Assembly (NCBI GenBank): GCA_044432645.1
Contig: JAWXUM010000008.1
Location: forward strand, 1,056-65,055
Source: Clostridia bacterium
GTDB lineage: Bacteria; Bacillota; Clostridia; Oscillospirales; Acutalibacteraceae
DNA: 64,000 nt
Direction: 5' to 3'
Shown here one piece after another: positions 54,084 to 64,000 of this stretch (positions are counted from its first letter, which is position 1; every line of letters begins with the position of its first letter). The position numbers and the translations under genes are program-made. The notes beneath the pieces were generated by a model that ran no database searches, was not told where the DNA came from, and saw nothing but the letters and a program-made list of their open reading frames with translations.

Positions 54084-55220
54084 ATGAATGTAAATACACA
54101 TTTAGAAAAAAATATAGAAAAACACGAAGCTTTCCACGCAAGCAAAAAACCAGGAATGTTATTTTTTTCTGATTTAGGATTTAGAAATTTTAAAGATATA
54201 GGTTCTTTAGGTTTCGATTTTCCAAAAAACTCCCGTACATACGGTTTATCAATGGAAAAAATTGCAAATAATGCCTATGAATTAGGTAAATTAGATATGC
54301 AAGTAAGCCGAAATGTAATGAAATTCCATTCAATTATAGAGGACGATTTCCACCCAATGTTAGTTTTAAACTGGGGTACAGGTGTTACAGCTGGCTACAT
54401 AAGTGGTTCAATGGACGTTAAATTCCACCAAAACACAAGCTTTGCAAAGGGGCAATTTATTGAGGATTTAGACGATGTAGAAAACCTAATATTCCCTGAA
54501 AAAAATATGTGGATGGAATACGTTGGCAACTATTGGCGTGGGGTTGAAAGTGAATGGGAAGGCGAAAAAATATCAGTTTCTAACCATTTCAGGTCACCTC
54601 TTGATGTTGCAAATGAACTTCGTGGTAACGACTTTTTTTACGATTTATACGACGACCCTGATATGCTAAAACTTTTAATTTCTAAAATCACAGACAAAAC
54701 AATAATGCTGGATAAATATTGGAGAAACGAAAGTAAATTTTTAAGGGAAGCTCCGGGTGGCACATGGGGTGCAGTTTCGAAAAACAATGTAACCTTTGTA
54801 AATGGCGACCCAATCGATTTAATTATGCCGGATTTTATAGAGGAATTTAACAATCAATATATCGAAAGATTAGTTAATGAGCTTGATAAGGTTTTCTTTC
54901 ATCATCATTCAATTGGCTATGAAAAAGCTCCTGAAGTTGCAAAAATTAAAGGTCTTTGGGTTCAACAAATCAGCCAAGACCCTAATGGTGCAGTGTTAAG
55001 GGATTTACCACAGGAACAAATTGATATTCTAGCAAAAACATCAATGGATTGTTGTCCACTTATGATGCAACAATTCAATATGAAAAAAGAGGGAGAACCT
55101 TTGGAAAAAACTCTTGATAAATATAAAAACGGACGCTTTATGATGACATTAAAAGGCGAAACTATTGAAGAAACAAAAAGACTTTTAGACAGAGCTAGAA
55201 ATTATTGTGATAAATTTTAA
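54084..55220 (+). CDS. URO-D-like family protein (paralog of the 38133-39365 product), tentative
   Basis: FYDLYDDPDMLKLLISKITD aligns with LIDLMDEPEFSHELVAKLTD. Confidence 0.35.
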   Translation: MNVNTHLEKNIEKHEAFHASKKPGMLFFSDLGFRNFKDIGSLGFDFPKNSRTYGLSMEKIANNAYELGKLDMQVSRNVMKFHSIIEDDFHPMLVLNWGTGVTAGYISGSMDVKFHQNTSFAKGQFIEDLDDVENLIFPEKNMWMEYVGNYWRGVESEWEGEKISVSNHFRSPLDVANELRGNDFFYDLYDDPDMLKLLISKITDKTIMLDKYWRNESKFLREAPGGTWGAVSKNNVTFVNGDPIDLIMPDFIEEFNNQYIERLVNELDKVFFHHHSIGYEKAPEVAKIKGLWVQQISQDPNGAVLRDLPQEQIDILAKTSMDCCPLMMQQFNMKKEGEPLEKTLDKYKNGRFMMTLKGETIEETKRLLDRARNYCDKF

Positions 55221-55234
55221 TTAAGGAGTACAAA

Positions 55235-56710
55235 ATGACAGAAACACCAAATATATTATTGATAATGGCAGACCAATTCACGCCGTACATGATGAATACA
55301 TACGGCTGCAAAGTAGCAAAAACTCCTAATTTAGATAAACTAGGGTGTGAAAGTGCAGTTTTTGAAAACGCTTATTCAAACTGTCCTGTTTGTGCCCCAG
55401 CAAGGGCTTCAATGATGGCTGGTTTGTATTGTTCCAAAACCGAAGTGTACGACAACGGAACAATAATGCCGTCCGACATTCCAACATTTGCAGACTATTT
55501 AAACCATATGGGTTATGATACTGTTTTAAGTGGGAAAATGCACTTCATAGGGCCTGACCAGCTTCACGGTTTTTCAAAAAGATTAACAAGTGACGTTTAC
55601 CCAGCTTCCAACGCTTGGCTTTACGACGCAAGAATGAACAAACGTGAAAAAGTTATGGGCGATGTTGGAATAAAAATAAACTCATATATTAAAGCAGAGG
55701 GACTTCAAAAAAAATACGGCATAATGCCAAACCCTAAGTTTTTTAACTATGATGACGAAACTGCAATGCAAGCAAAATCATACATTCGTGATGCTAATAA
55801 AAAGAAAAAACCTTTCTGCTTGTGTGCATCTTTCCACCACCCACATATGCCACTAAAAGTCACTAAAAGACTGTGGGATTTATATGAAAATGTTGAAATT
55901 CCAATGCCAACTTACCCTGAAAATATGGAAGAAAAATATTCAGACATGGACAAATGGGTAAACCACTTCACTGGTGCAGACGAATACAAAATCACAAATA
56001 TGGATGAGCTAAAAGAGGCTAGAAGATGTTACCTAGCTCTCACAAGTTACATAGATGAAAAAGTTGGCGAACTTTTGGAAGAACTTGAAGAAAACGGACT
56101 AGCAGAGAACACAATAGTAATGTTCACAAGCGACCACGGCGATATGCTTGGTGAAAAAGGAATGGTTGAAAAACGTGTTTTCTACGAATGGTCAGCGAAA
56201 GTTCCAATGCTAATCAAATTCCCAAATAAAGAATTTGCAGGGCAAAGAATAACTGCTCCAGTTTCTTTAATCGATATTTTGCCTACAATTTTAGACATTG
56301 TAAATTTCCCAAAAGAAAGCACTTTGCCATACGACGGTAAAAGTATGCTTGCAGTTGCAAAAGGCGAAATCAACGAACCGGTTTACTCTGAATTTCATGT
56401 TGAAGGTGTAAAGTCAACTTGCTTTATGCTTCGTAACGATAGATATAAATACATCTACATTACAGGATTTAAACATCAATTATTCAACTTGGAAAATGAC
56501 AAAGACGAGTGGAATAATTTGATTGATGATGAAAATTATAGCAAAATTAAAAACGCTATGAAACAACAAATTTTAGATAAATTTAACCCTGAAAAAATCG
56601 AAAATGACATACAACATAAGTTAACAACAAACGCATTTATCAGAAAATCCACAATGCAAAGCAAGGTAAACTGGGCGTATGTTCCAAAATACGAAAATAT
56701 TTCAAACTAA
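55235..56710 (+). CDS. Sulfatase (Cys-type, choline-sulfatase-like), no signal peptide
   Basis: SNCPVCAPARASMMAG. 491 aa. Confidence 0.9.
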   Translation: MTETPNILLIMADQFTPYMMNTYGCKVAKTPNLDKLGCESAVFENAYSNCPVCAPARASMMAGLYCSKTEVYDNGTIMPSDIPTFADYLNHMGYDTVLSGKMHFIGPDQLHGFSKRLTSDVYPASNAWLYDARMNKREKVMGDVGIKINSYIKAEGLQKKYGIMPNPKFFNYDDETAMQAKSYIRDANKKKKPFCLCASFHHPHMPLKVTKRLWDLYENVEIPMPTYPENMEEKYSDMDKWVNHFTGADEYKITNMDELKEARRCYLALTSYIDEKVGELLEELEENGLAENTIVMFTSDHGDMLGEKGMVEKRVFYEWSAKVPMLIKFPNKEFAGQRITAPVSLIDILPTILDIVNFPKESTLPYDGKSMLAVAKGEINEPVYSEFHVEGVKSTCFMLRNDRYKYIYITGFKHQLFNLENDKDEWNNLIDDENYSKIKNAMKQQILDKFNPEKIENDIQHKLTTNAFIRKSTMQSKVNWAYVPKYENISN

Positions 56711-56724
56711 AACAGGAGAATAAA

Positions 56725-58125
56725 ATGAAAAAGCCTAATATAATATCAATTTTAATAGACGATTTAGGTGCAAGGGATTTAGGTTGTTATGGTAGCACTT
56801 TTTACGAAACACCTAACATTGATAAGCTTGCAAGTGAGGGACTAGTTTTTACAGATGCTTATGCATCTTGCCCCGTTTGCTCGCCTTCAAGAGCAAGTAT
56901 GATGACAGGCAAATACCCAGCAAGAGTTGGAGTAACCGAGTGGATTGGTGGCGATACAAAAGGTAAACTTTTGGGAGCTCCGTATCTTCATTATCTACCA
57001 CTTGAAGAAGTTTGTATAGCAAAAGCTATGAAAAAAGGTGGTTATCGAACATGGCACGTTGGTAAATGGCATTTGGGAACTGAAGAATATTACCCAGAAA
57101 AACATGGTTTTGACGTAAATATCGGTGGTTGTCACCGTGGAGCACCAAACAACGGCTACTTTGCACCTCACGGCTTACATAACTTAGAGGGTGGAAATTC
57201 TGACGAGTATTTAACAGACAGAATTACAGACGAGGCAATTAAATTAATCGAGCAAGAAAGTGACGAACCGTTTTTCCTAAACCTTTGTCACTATGCTGTT
57301 CATGTTCCACTTGTTGCAAAACAAAATGACATTGACTACTTTACAGAAAAAGCAAAAAAACTCAAATTAGATAGATTTAATGCAATAACTTTAGGCGAAA
57401 AATACCCTATTGAAGATAAAAAATCAAGCTGTGTTGAAAGACGTCATATTCAGTCACACCCAGTTTATGCAGCAATGATTTACAATTTAGACCAAAACAT
57501 AGGCAAACTTATGGACGCACTTAAAGCGACAGGAAAAGACAAAGATACAATAGTTTTCTTCACTTCTGATAACGGAGGACTTTCCACAGAATTTTTATGC
57601 CCAACTTGTAACGCACCTTTTAGCGAGGGAAAAGGTTGGATGTACGAGGGTGGAGTTCGTGAACCACTTATAATTTGGGGAAAAGGGATTGAAAAAAGAA
57701 GATTTTGCACAGTTCCGGTAACAACTCCAGATTTTTACCCAACATTTTTAGAGTTAGCAGGCTTGCCTTTAATGCCAGAGCAACACGTTGACGGTGTGAG
57801 CTTAGTTCCACTTATAAACGGCGAAAACAAGCTAGAGCGTGAAGCAATTTACTGGCACTACCCACATTACGGAAACCAAGGTGGAACACCAGGTTGTTCA
57901 GTTAGAATGGGCGATTACAAGTTAATTGAGTTTTTTGAGGACAGCAGACTAGAACTATATAACCTTAAAACTGACGTTAGTGAGCTTAATAATTTAGCAG
58001 ATGAAATGCCTGAACTTCGCGAAAAAATTCTTGGAAAACTTAACGCATGGCTTGATGATGTTTGTGCGAAAATCCCACAGCCAAACCCAAACTGGAAAGC
58101 TAAACCTGAAATGAAAAGGAGCTAA
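56725..58125 (+). CDS. Sulfatase (Cys-type), no signal peptide
   Basis: ASCPVCSPSRASMMTGKYP. 466 aa. Confidence 0.9.
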   Translation: MKKPNIISILIDDLGARDLGCYGSTFYETPNIDKLASEGLVFTDAYASCPVCSPSRASMMTGKYPARVGVTEWIGGDTKGKLLGAPYLHYLPLEEVCIAKAMKKGGYRTWHVGKWHLGTEEYYPEKHGFDVNIGGCHRGAPNNGYFAPHGLHNLEGGNSDEYLTDRITDEAIKLIEQESDEPFFLNLCHYAVHVPLVAKQNDIDYFTEKAKKLKLDRFNAITLGEKYPIEDKKSSCVERRHIQSHPVYAAMIYNLDQNIGKLMDALKATGKDKDTIVFFTSDNGGLSTEFLCPTCNAPFSEGKGWMYEGGVREPLIIWGKGIEKRRFCTVPVTTPDFYPTFLELAGLPLMPEQHVDGVSLVPLINGENKLEREAIYWHYPHYGNQGGTPGCSVRMGDYKLIEFFEDSRLELYNLKTDVSELNNLADEMPELREKILGKLNAWLDDVCAKIPQPNPNWKAKPEMKRS

Positions 58126-58128
58126 ACT

Positions 58129-60453
58129 ATGTCAACAAAAATACTATTTAATGATAATTTTTATGTGTGCGAGGGCAATTTGGTTGGCAAAGATAGCCTT
58201 GCTTACAAATCGGTAAAAATTCCACACGATTTTGCAATAACTCAAGCAATTGGCGAGAATTTTCCTGACGGTAGACGTCAAGGTTTTGTCGATTGCTACC
58301 ATAAAATCACATATAAAAAGATTTTTAATTACATAAAAAAAGACGGTGAAAAAGCCTACATAAGTTTTGACGGAGTTTTTAGAAATAGCGAAGTTTACGT
58401 TAATGGAAATCTAGCCGGTATTCGTCCTTATGGATATGTTCAGTTTAGTTACGACATTACAAAATATTTGGTTGACGGCGATAATTTGCTTGAAGTTTTT
58501 GTCGATAATTCAGTTCCACCAGCAGACCGTTGGTACTCAGGAATGGGAATTTACCGAGATGTTCAGTTTATCACAACAAGTGAAATTCACGTTGCAGAAT
58601 ACGGCACATACATCACAACTCCAAACATAACTGCCGAAAAAGCAGACGTTCATATTCAGTTTGAACTTGAAAAAGACTATGAATGTGAAGCTACTTTAGA
58701 TGTTGACATAACATTTAATGGTGAAGTTGTTGCAAACGGAAAATTCACTTCAAGCGATAAATTTATAGAAACAGATTTTGTTGTTGTAAACCCAAAACTT
58801 TGGGACTTAACACACGCAAATATGTATAAAGCAGTTGCTAAAGTGTATGTAGACGAGAAATTAATGGACACTCACGAGAGCAGTTTTGGTATTCGTGAAA
58901 TAATTTTTGACGGTCAAAAAGGTATGTTCCTAAATGGCGAAAGCGTTAAACTGAAAGGTGTAAATTTGCATCACGATACAGGTTGCATAGGTTCAGCCTT
59001 CCTTAAAGATGCATGGATTAGAAAAATTCAAAGTCTTAAAGATATAGGTGTAAACGCAATTCGTTGTAGCCACAATCCACAAGCAAAAACATTCTATGAA
59101 CTTTGTGACGAAATGGGAATTTTTGTGTATGATGAAGCCTTTGACAAATGGTATTGGAAACTTGGCTACACTAAAGAATACTTTGACGATTGGTGGAAAG
59201 AGGACATCATGTCTATGATTAGACGTGACAGAAACCACCCTTGCGTATTCCTTTGGAGCGTTGGAAACGAAGTTGAGCTTCAAGGCACTGACGAAATGAT
59301 TGCACTTGTTGAAAGACACGTTGCCTTTGCAAAAGAATTTGAGCCAACTCGTCCAATTTCATTTGCAATGATGCCACACTGTAATCCAGCAGAGGACGGA
59401 AACGACTTCGGCGTTCGTGCTTACACAAAAGGTGTGCCACATATCGTTGGTTTAACTGAACAAATGAATAAAACAACAGACATTATGTCTTGCAATTATC
59501 AAGAACAATGGTACGAAGAATACAGAAAAGTAATGCCGGAAAAACTTATCATAGGTACAGAAACATACCAATATTACACAGCGACAAAAGGTAAAAAATA
59601 TTTTAACGATTTAGTTGAAATTCACCCATATTCATATGTAAAAGAAAACGACTTCGTAATAGGAATGTTCTACTGGCCAGGTGTTGATTACTTAGGCGAA
59701 TGTCACGAATATCCAGCTCGTGTCAGAGGTGGAAACCTAATTGACATAGCAGGTTTTGAAAGACCATTTGCAGGACATAGTAAAGCACTTTTCACCGATA
59801 AAAATGATTATTTAGATTATGCAGTGTTTGATGAAAAACAAGATTTTGAATATCTTTCATCAGCATGGAGTTATCCACTTTGCACACATCATATGATGAT
59901 AGACAGACACATGGGTCAAATTGTAAGGCTTGCAACATACACAACTTGCGAGTCCGTAGAAATCACAATTGGTGCAAGGTGTTACGGCGAAAGATTTTTG
60001 AAAGATTACAGAGATAATATGATAACATGGTCAGTCGGTTGGGACACTGAACCAGTTGTAATCGTTGGTAAAAATAACGGTGTGGAAGTTGCAAGAAAAG
60101 TAATTATGCCTTTTGGTGAAGTTGCAGATTTTGATATTAAAGTAGATAAAACAACTCTAACACAAGACACACACAACCTAAGTTTTGTGGAAATTCGTTC
60201 TATAGACAAAGACGGAATGTGGAATGAAAACGCAAAAACAGAAATCACAATCGCACACAATGACACACTAGAGCTTATGGGAATTGACAACGGAAACGCA
60301 ACAAGCCACCACGACTATAAAGGCAAAAAAATCAACCTATACCACGGAAAAGCAGTAGTAATTATGCGAGCAAACGCGGTTGGAACAGGCAAACTAAGAA
60401 TTAGAAACGAAGAATTAAACATAGAAAAAATAGTGGAAATCGAGTGTGTTTGA
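58129..60453 (+). CDS. GH2 glycoside hydrolase (beta-galactosidase/beta-glucuronidase type)
   Basis: NAIRCSHNP and RNHPCVFLWSVGNEV motifs. 774 aa. Confidence 0.85.
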   Translation: MSTKILFNDNFYVCEGNLVGKDSLAYKSVKIPHDFAITQAIGENFPDGRRQGFVDCYHKITYKKIFNYIKKDGEKAYISFDGVFRNSEVYVNGNLAGIRPYGYVQFSYDITKYLVDGDNLLEVFVDNSVPPADRWYSGMGIYRDVQFITTSEIHVAEYGTYITTPNITAEKADVHIQFELEKDYECEATLDVDITFNGEVVANGKFTSSDKFIETDFVVVNPKLWDLTHANMYKAVAKVYVDEKLMDTHESSFGIREIIFDGQKGMFLNGESVKLKGVNLHHDTGCIGSAFLKDAWIRKIQSLKDIGVNAIRCSHNPQAKTFYELCDEMGIFVYDEAFDKWYWKLGYTKEYFDDWWKEDIMSMIRRDRNHPCVFLWSVGNEVELQGTDEMIALVERHVAFAKEFEPTRPISFAMMPHCNPAEDGNDFGVRAYTKGVPHIVGLTEQMNKTTDIMSCNYQEQWYEEYRKVMPEKLIIGTETYQYYTATKGKKYFNDLVEIHPYSYVKENDFVIGMFYWPGVDYLGECHEYPARVRGGNLIDIAGFERPFAGHSKALFTDKNDYLDYAVFDEKQDFEYLSSAWSYPLCTHHMMIDRHMGQIVRLATYTTCESVEITIGARCYGERFLKDYRDNMITWSVGWDTEPVVIVGKNNGVEVARKVIMPFGEVADFDIKVDKTTLTQDTHNLSFVEIRSIDKDGMWNENAKTEITIAHNDTLELMGIDNGNATSHHDYKGKKINLYHGKAVVIMRANAVGTGKLRIRNEELNIEKIVEIECV

Positions 60454-60454
60454 C

Positions 60455-61939
60455 ATGGCTAAAAACAACGTTATAATTATTAATGCAGACGATTTAGGAT
60501 TTGGTATGCTTTCCTGTTATGGCCAAAAAGAATTTCAAACACCTAATATAGACAAAATTGCAGAGAGTGGAATGAAGTTTGAAAATTTTTATGGTGCAGC
60601 TTTTTGTGCCCCTTCTAGAGCGTGTATGATAACAGGACTTCACGACTGTCATGCTGGTGGTTGGACATATAACAAAGGGGGAATTTACAAAAAATTGCAC
60701 GAGGAAAAATTGAGTCTTGACGAAGTAAGCGAAACTTTGAATAATTCAGGTTATAACTACTTAAAAGGCGAAGTGTATCTTCCTCACGTTTTTAAAAATG
60801 CTGGTTATGCAACTGGTGAAATTGGCAAACTTGAATGGGGATTTGCTGTAACTCCACAGGAAATGGAAAAGCACGGCTGGGACTATCACTACGGTTATTA
60901 CGACCACCAAATGTGCCATGGATTTTATCCTCCATATCTTTTTGAAAACGGAAATAGTGTGAAAATTGAGGGAAATACACATTCTGATTGTGCAAAAGTT
61001 ATGGGAAAACCACCAAAACTTTGCGACATGAATAAAGAGGGCATGGAAGTTTATAGCCAGGATTTATTCGACGAAAAAATTGTTAATTTTATTAAGAAAA
61101 ATAAAGATAATCCATTTTTTCTATACCACCCATCACAACTCCCACACGGGCCAGTTAGTATTAAAAAAATTCACAAAAGCGTAGAAAATAACAATAATTT
61201 AACAGAAACTGAAAAGCTGTATGCCTCTATGATTATCAGGCTTGACGATACTGTTGGTTTGATTGAAAAAACTTTAAAAAAATACAATTTAACCGATAAA
61301 ACAATGGTGATTTTCACAGGCGATAACGGACACACTTTTTATTATTGTGAGGACGGAAGAAGTTCTGGCAGAGTTAGCGTAATTGACGGCACAGAATTAG
61401 ACGAGTACGATAATGTTGCAAACACTGAAAAATGTGGAGATATTTTTAACGGTAACGGTGGTTTAAGTGGCTATAAAAGGGCAAGTTTGCAAGGTGGCTT
61501 GCGTGTGCCAATGTTAGCTTCAATGCCAAGCAAAATAAAGGCAAATTCCACAACTGGCGAGCTTGTAACGCAGTTGGATTTTATGGCGACTTTTTCCGAA
61601 ATGCTAAACCAAAAACCTTTTGAAAACAAAGACAGTCAATCATTTTTACCTACACTTTTCAAAGGCGAAAAAAGCAACCGAAAACCAGCAGTTTTTGCTT
61701 CAAGAATTGGCCCTACAATAATAACAAACGACGGCTGGAAAGTGCGATACATAGAGCCACTTAATGAACTTATGTTATATTATTTGCCAACTGACCCAAG
61801 GGAAGAAAATAACTTAGCACAAAAGAATCCTGAAAAATTAAAAGAGTTGTCCGAAAAATTGTTGCATGAATGTGACGGGAATTTTTACAACGGCACACCA
61901 GACGCACATTTAAGCAAATACATCAGCCAATTTATTTAA
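60455..61939 (+). CDS. Sulfatase (Cys-type), no signal peptide
   Basis: Start moved to MAKNNVIIINADDLG. AAFCAPSRACMITG. Confidence 0.85.
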   Translation: MAKNNVIIINADDLGFGMLSCYGQKEFQTPNIDKIAESGMKFENFYGAAFCAPSRACMITGLHDCHAGGWTYNKGGIYKKLHEEKLSLDEVSETLNNSGYNYLKGEVYLPHVFKNAGYATGEIGKLEWGFAVTPQEMEKHGWDYHYGYYDHQMCHGFYPPYLFENGNSVKIEGNTHSDCAKVMGKPPKLCDMNKEGMEVYSQDLFDEKIVNFIKKNKDNPFFLYHPSQLPHGPVSIKKIHKSVENNNNLTETEKLYASMIIRLDDTVGLIEKTLKKYNLTDKTMVIFTGDNGHTFYYCEDGRSSGRVSVIDGTELDEYDNVANTEKCGDIFNGNGGLSGYKRASLQGGLRVPMLASMPSKIKANSTTGELVTQLDFMATFSEMLNQKPFENKDSQSFLPTLFKGEKSNRKPAVFASRIGPTIITNDGWKVRYIEPLNELMLYYLPTDPREENNLAQKNPEKLKELSEKLLHECDGNFYNGTPDAHLSKYISQFI

Positions 61940-61949
61940 AGGTGATATT

Positions 61950-63593
61950 ATGAATATAAATAAAAAAATAATCGAAAAATGCAACATTAACGATGCTGTT
62001 TATTGCATTAATAATGTGCTGTTGAGTGATTGTGACAACATTGAAATTAACTTCGAAAAAGATGTTTATGACATTCATTCAATGTATGCATATCAAGAAT
62101 TTTGCTATATTTCCAATAATGATTTTGGTGTAAAAAACCTTATTTTTCCTATCATAGGCAAAAAAAATATCACCATAAATGGCAACAGCTCAAGACTTAA
62201 TGGAATTGGTGGAATTTTGCCTTTTTACATTAAAAACAGCGAAAATATAATAATAAAAAATTTTACAATAGATTATGCAAGACCATTTTTTAGCCAAGGC
62301 GAAGTTATGGAAAGTGCTGAAAATTATGTTGTAATTAACATGGATAAAAATTTATATCCATACGAAATTGTAAACGGATTAGTGCATTTTATCGGCGAGG
62401 AATACGAGAGTTATTTTGTGCATGGACTTTTGGAATACGAAAGAGAAGAAAGACGACCAATCCCAACTTCTGTAGATAATTTTTTGAAAACAAGTATGAA
62501 GGCAGAGGAAACTCAAGAGGGATATTTAAAGTTGTTTTTTAAGTGGGTTTTACAGCCAACTGTCGGAAATATAATCACAATTAAGCACGAAAAAAGGTTT
62601 TACCCAGCAATCGCAATAGATAAAAGTGAGAATATAAAGCTTGAAAATATAACAATTCATCACGCTGGAACAATGGGTGTAGTAGCTCAATTTTCTAAAA
62701 ATATTTACATTGATAAAATGGATATTTCCCCAGAAAAATCTACAGAAAGGTTAATGTCAATCAACGCAGATGCAACTCATTTTGTAAACTGTACTGGTGA
62801 AATTATCATAGAAAATTCTAAATTTGAAAGTATGTTAGACGATATTATTAACGTACACGGAAATTATTTTAAAGTGTCAAAAGTAATTGATAATACGCAT
62901 ATAATTGTTGAAATTCCTCATTTTCAACAAGTCGGAGCTTACGGAATTCACGACGGTGCAAAGCTTTTAATTTGCAATAAAGAAACAATGCTTGGTGTTG
63001 GTTATTCTTATTTAAAAAACACCAAAGTTATAAATAACAAATTTTTTGAGCTAGAGCTTACACAAGAGTTCAACTTTGACGAAAACATAGAATACTGTAT
63101 TGATGACACAGACACTTACCCAGAAGTGATTTTCAGAAATAATATTTGTGGTAAAAATAGAGCCAGAGGACTTCTTTTAACAGGTAAAAACCCGATTTTA
63201 ATTGAAAATAATATAATCGATACCGAGGGTTCAGCGATTAAAGTAAATGGAGATATGCACAACTGGTACGAATCAACAAACATTACGTCAATTATAATTC
63301 GTGGTAATAAAATCAGAAGAAGAAATAAAGGGAATTGGGGAATAGCCTTAATTGACATTGACCCAGTAATGAGAACCCAAGTAAATGGTGAATTCTTCCA
63401 CGGTGATATGCTTATCGAAAATAATGAGATTATTTTGGACGGAACTGACCTTTTTTATGGTTACAGTTTCAACAGTCTAACAGTAAAAAACAACAAGATC
63501 ATCTCCCTAGACAAACCAATTAATTCCGACAAAGATTTAACAATAAAAGCCTCAAACTGTGGAAAAGTCTGTGTAGAAAACAACATCTATTAG
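61950..63593 (+). CDS. Right-handed parallel beta-helix protein (candidate glycosidase or lyase)
   Basis: Repeated NIxIxN coils (IIIKNFTIDY, LENITIHHAG, IENNIID, IENNEII). 547 aa, no signal peptide. Confidence 0.55.
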   Translation: MNINKKIIEKCNINDAVYCINNVLLSDCDNIEINFEKDVYDIHSMYAYQEFCYISNNDFGVKNLIFPIIGKKNITINGNSSRLNGIGGILPFYIKNSENIIIKNFTIDYARPFFSQGEVMESAENYVVINMDKNLYPYEIVNGLVHFIGEEYESYFVHGLLEYEREERRPIPTSVDNFLKTSMKAEETQEGYLKLFFKWVLQPTVGNIITIKHEKRFYPAIAIDKSENIKLENITIHHAGTMGVVAQFSKNIYIDKMDISPEKSTERLMSINADATHFVNCTGEIIIENSKFESMLDDIINVHGNYFKVSKVIDNTHIIVEIPHFQQVGAYGIHDGAKLLICNKETMLGVGYSYLKNTKVINNKFFELELTQEFNFDENIEYCIDDTDTYPEVIFRNNICGKNRARGLLLTGKNPILIENNIIDTEGSAIKVNGDMHNWYESTNITSIIIRGNKIRRRNKGNWGIALIDIDPVMRTQVNGEFFHGDMLIENNEIILDGTDLFYGYSFNSLTVKNNKIISLDKPINSDKDLTIKASNCGKVCVENNIY

Positions 63594-63732
63594 TCGATTT
63601 TCTAAAATATAAATAACAAATTATCGAATAGTTTTAGGAAAACTAATAAAATACCCCCTCAAGTACATGTTCGGTAGCCGAGCTATTCATTTGGAATAAA
63701 ATTAATTTTATTCCTCAATTTTGAAAGGAATC

Positions 63733-63794
63733 AAAGCGTTTTTAACTATAGAAGTTAGTATGGTAAGGTTAGTAAACCGCTTAGTAAAGTTAAT
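63733..63794 (+). repeat. R60 repeat, copy iii
   Basis: AAAGCGTTTTTAACTATAGAAGTTAGTATGGTAAGGTTAGTAAACCGCTTAGTAAAGTTAAT. Confidence 0.55.
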
Positions 63795-63866
63795 TTCAAA
63801 ATTAACTAGCTATTCCCTACTTTATGTGATATACTCCTTGTTAACAAAAACAAAGGAGTATAGAAA

Positions 63867-63968
63867 ATGGCGAAGTTTACACTGCAAGAATTTTATTTAG
63901 GCGATTTTATTTTAGACTTAGAGTCTGAGATGAAATCGCTTTCGTTATGTCTGGGGGTGATTGAATGA
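63867..63968 (+). CDS. 33-aa in-frame deletion variant of the 79-aa ORF
   Basis: MAKFTLQEFYLGD|FILDLESEMKSLSLCLGVIE. Lacks 138 bp that lie between two GGCGAT repeats in the 18012-18251 copy. Confidence 0.45.
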   Translation: MAKFTLQEFYLGDFILDLESEMKSLSLCLGVIE

Positions 63969-64000
63969 AAATACTAGAAGAATTATATCACGGCAACATT
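63965..64000 (+). CDS. Second copy of the LEELYHGNI-motif gene (5' end only, cut by the window end)
   Basis: ATGAAAATACTAGAAGAATTATATCACGGCAACATT matches 18248 onward. Confidence 0.45.
   Translation, partial: MKILEELYHGNI

Overview
Low-GC (roughly 30%) Firmicutes/Clostridia-type DNA in two parts. Part A (1-35.6 kb) is a mosaic accessory region. It holds two diverged direct copies of a mobilizable element (large serine recombinase, relaxase, MobC, oriT-like hairpins, a long repeat-laden non-coding arm). It also holds a tyrosine-integrase module and seven same-orientation copies of a 32-34 bp site that cut the region into small gene units: HD hydrolase, two PBECR4-like nuclease genes each behind a structured leader RNA, a Phd-like/DUF4160/DUF2442 operon, a HAD hydrolase and an S51 peptidase. 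Other content is a LytTR/GHKL two-component pair with two ABC exporter genes, an oxidoreductase with a COG4586-type ABC transporter, a MITE-like insertion, and a Hin-type invertible promoter next to a small serine invertase and a 7-gene operon of SHOCT-tailed membrane proteins. Part B (35.6-63.6 kb) is a Gram-positive polysaccharide-utilisation locus with seven signal-peptide-less Cys-type sulfatases, GH31, GH2, a GH43/GH117-like beta-propeller, a beta-helix protein, two URO-D-like paralogs, a sugar ABC importer and two AraC-type regulators. I saw no rRNA, tRNA or CRISPR array. CDS coordinates come from the ORF track, with some starts moved to the ATG that has a Shine-Dalgarno sequence. Non-CDS coordinates were hand-counted from ORF anchors and may be off by 1-2 nt. 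All family names come from motif recognition, not database searches.
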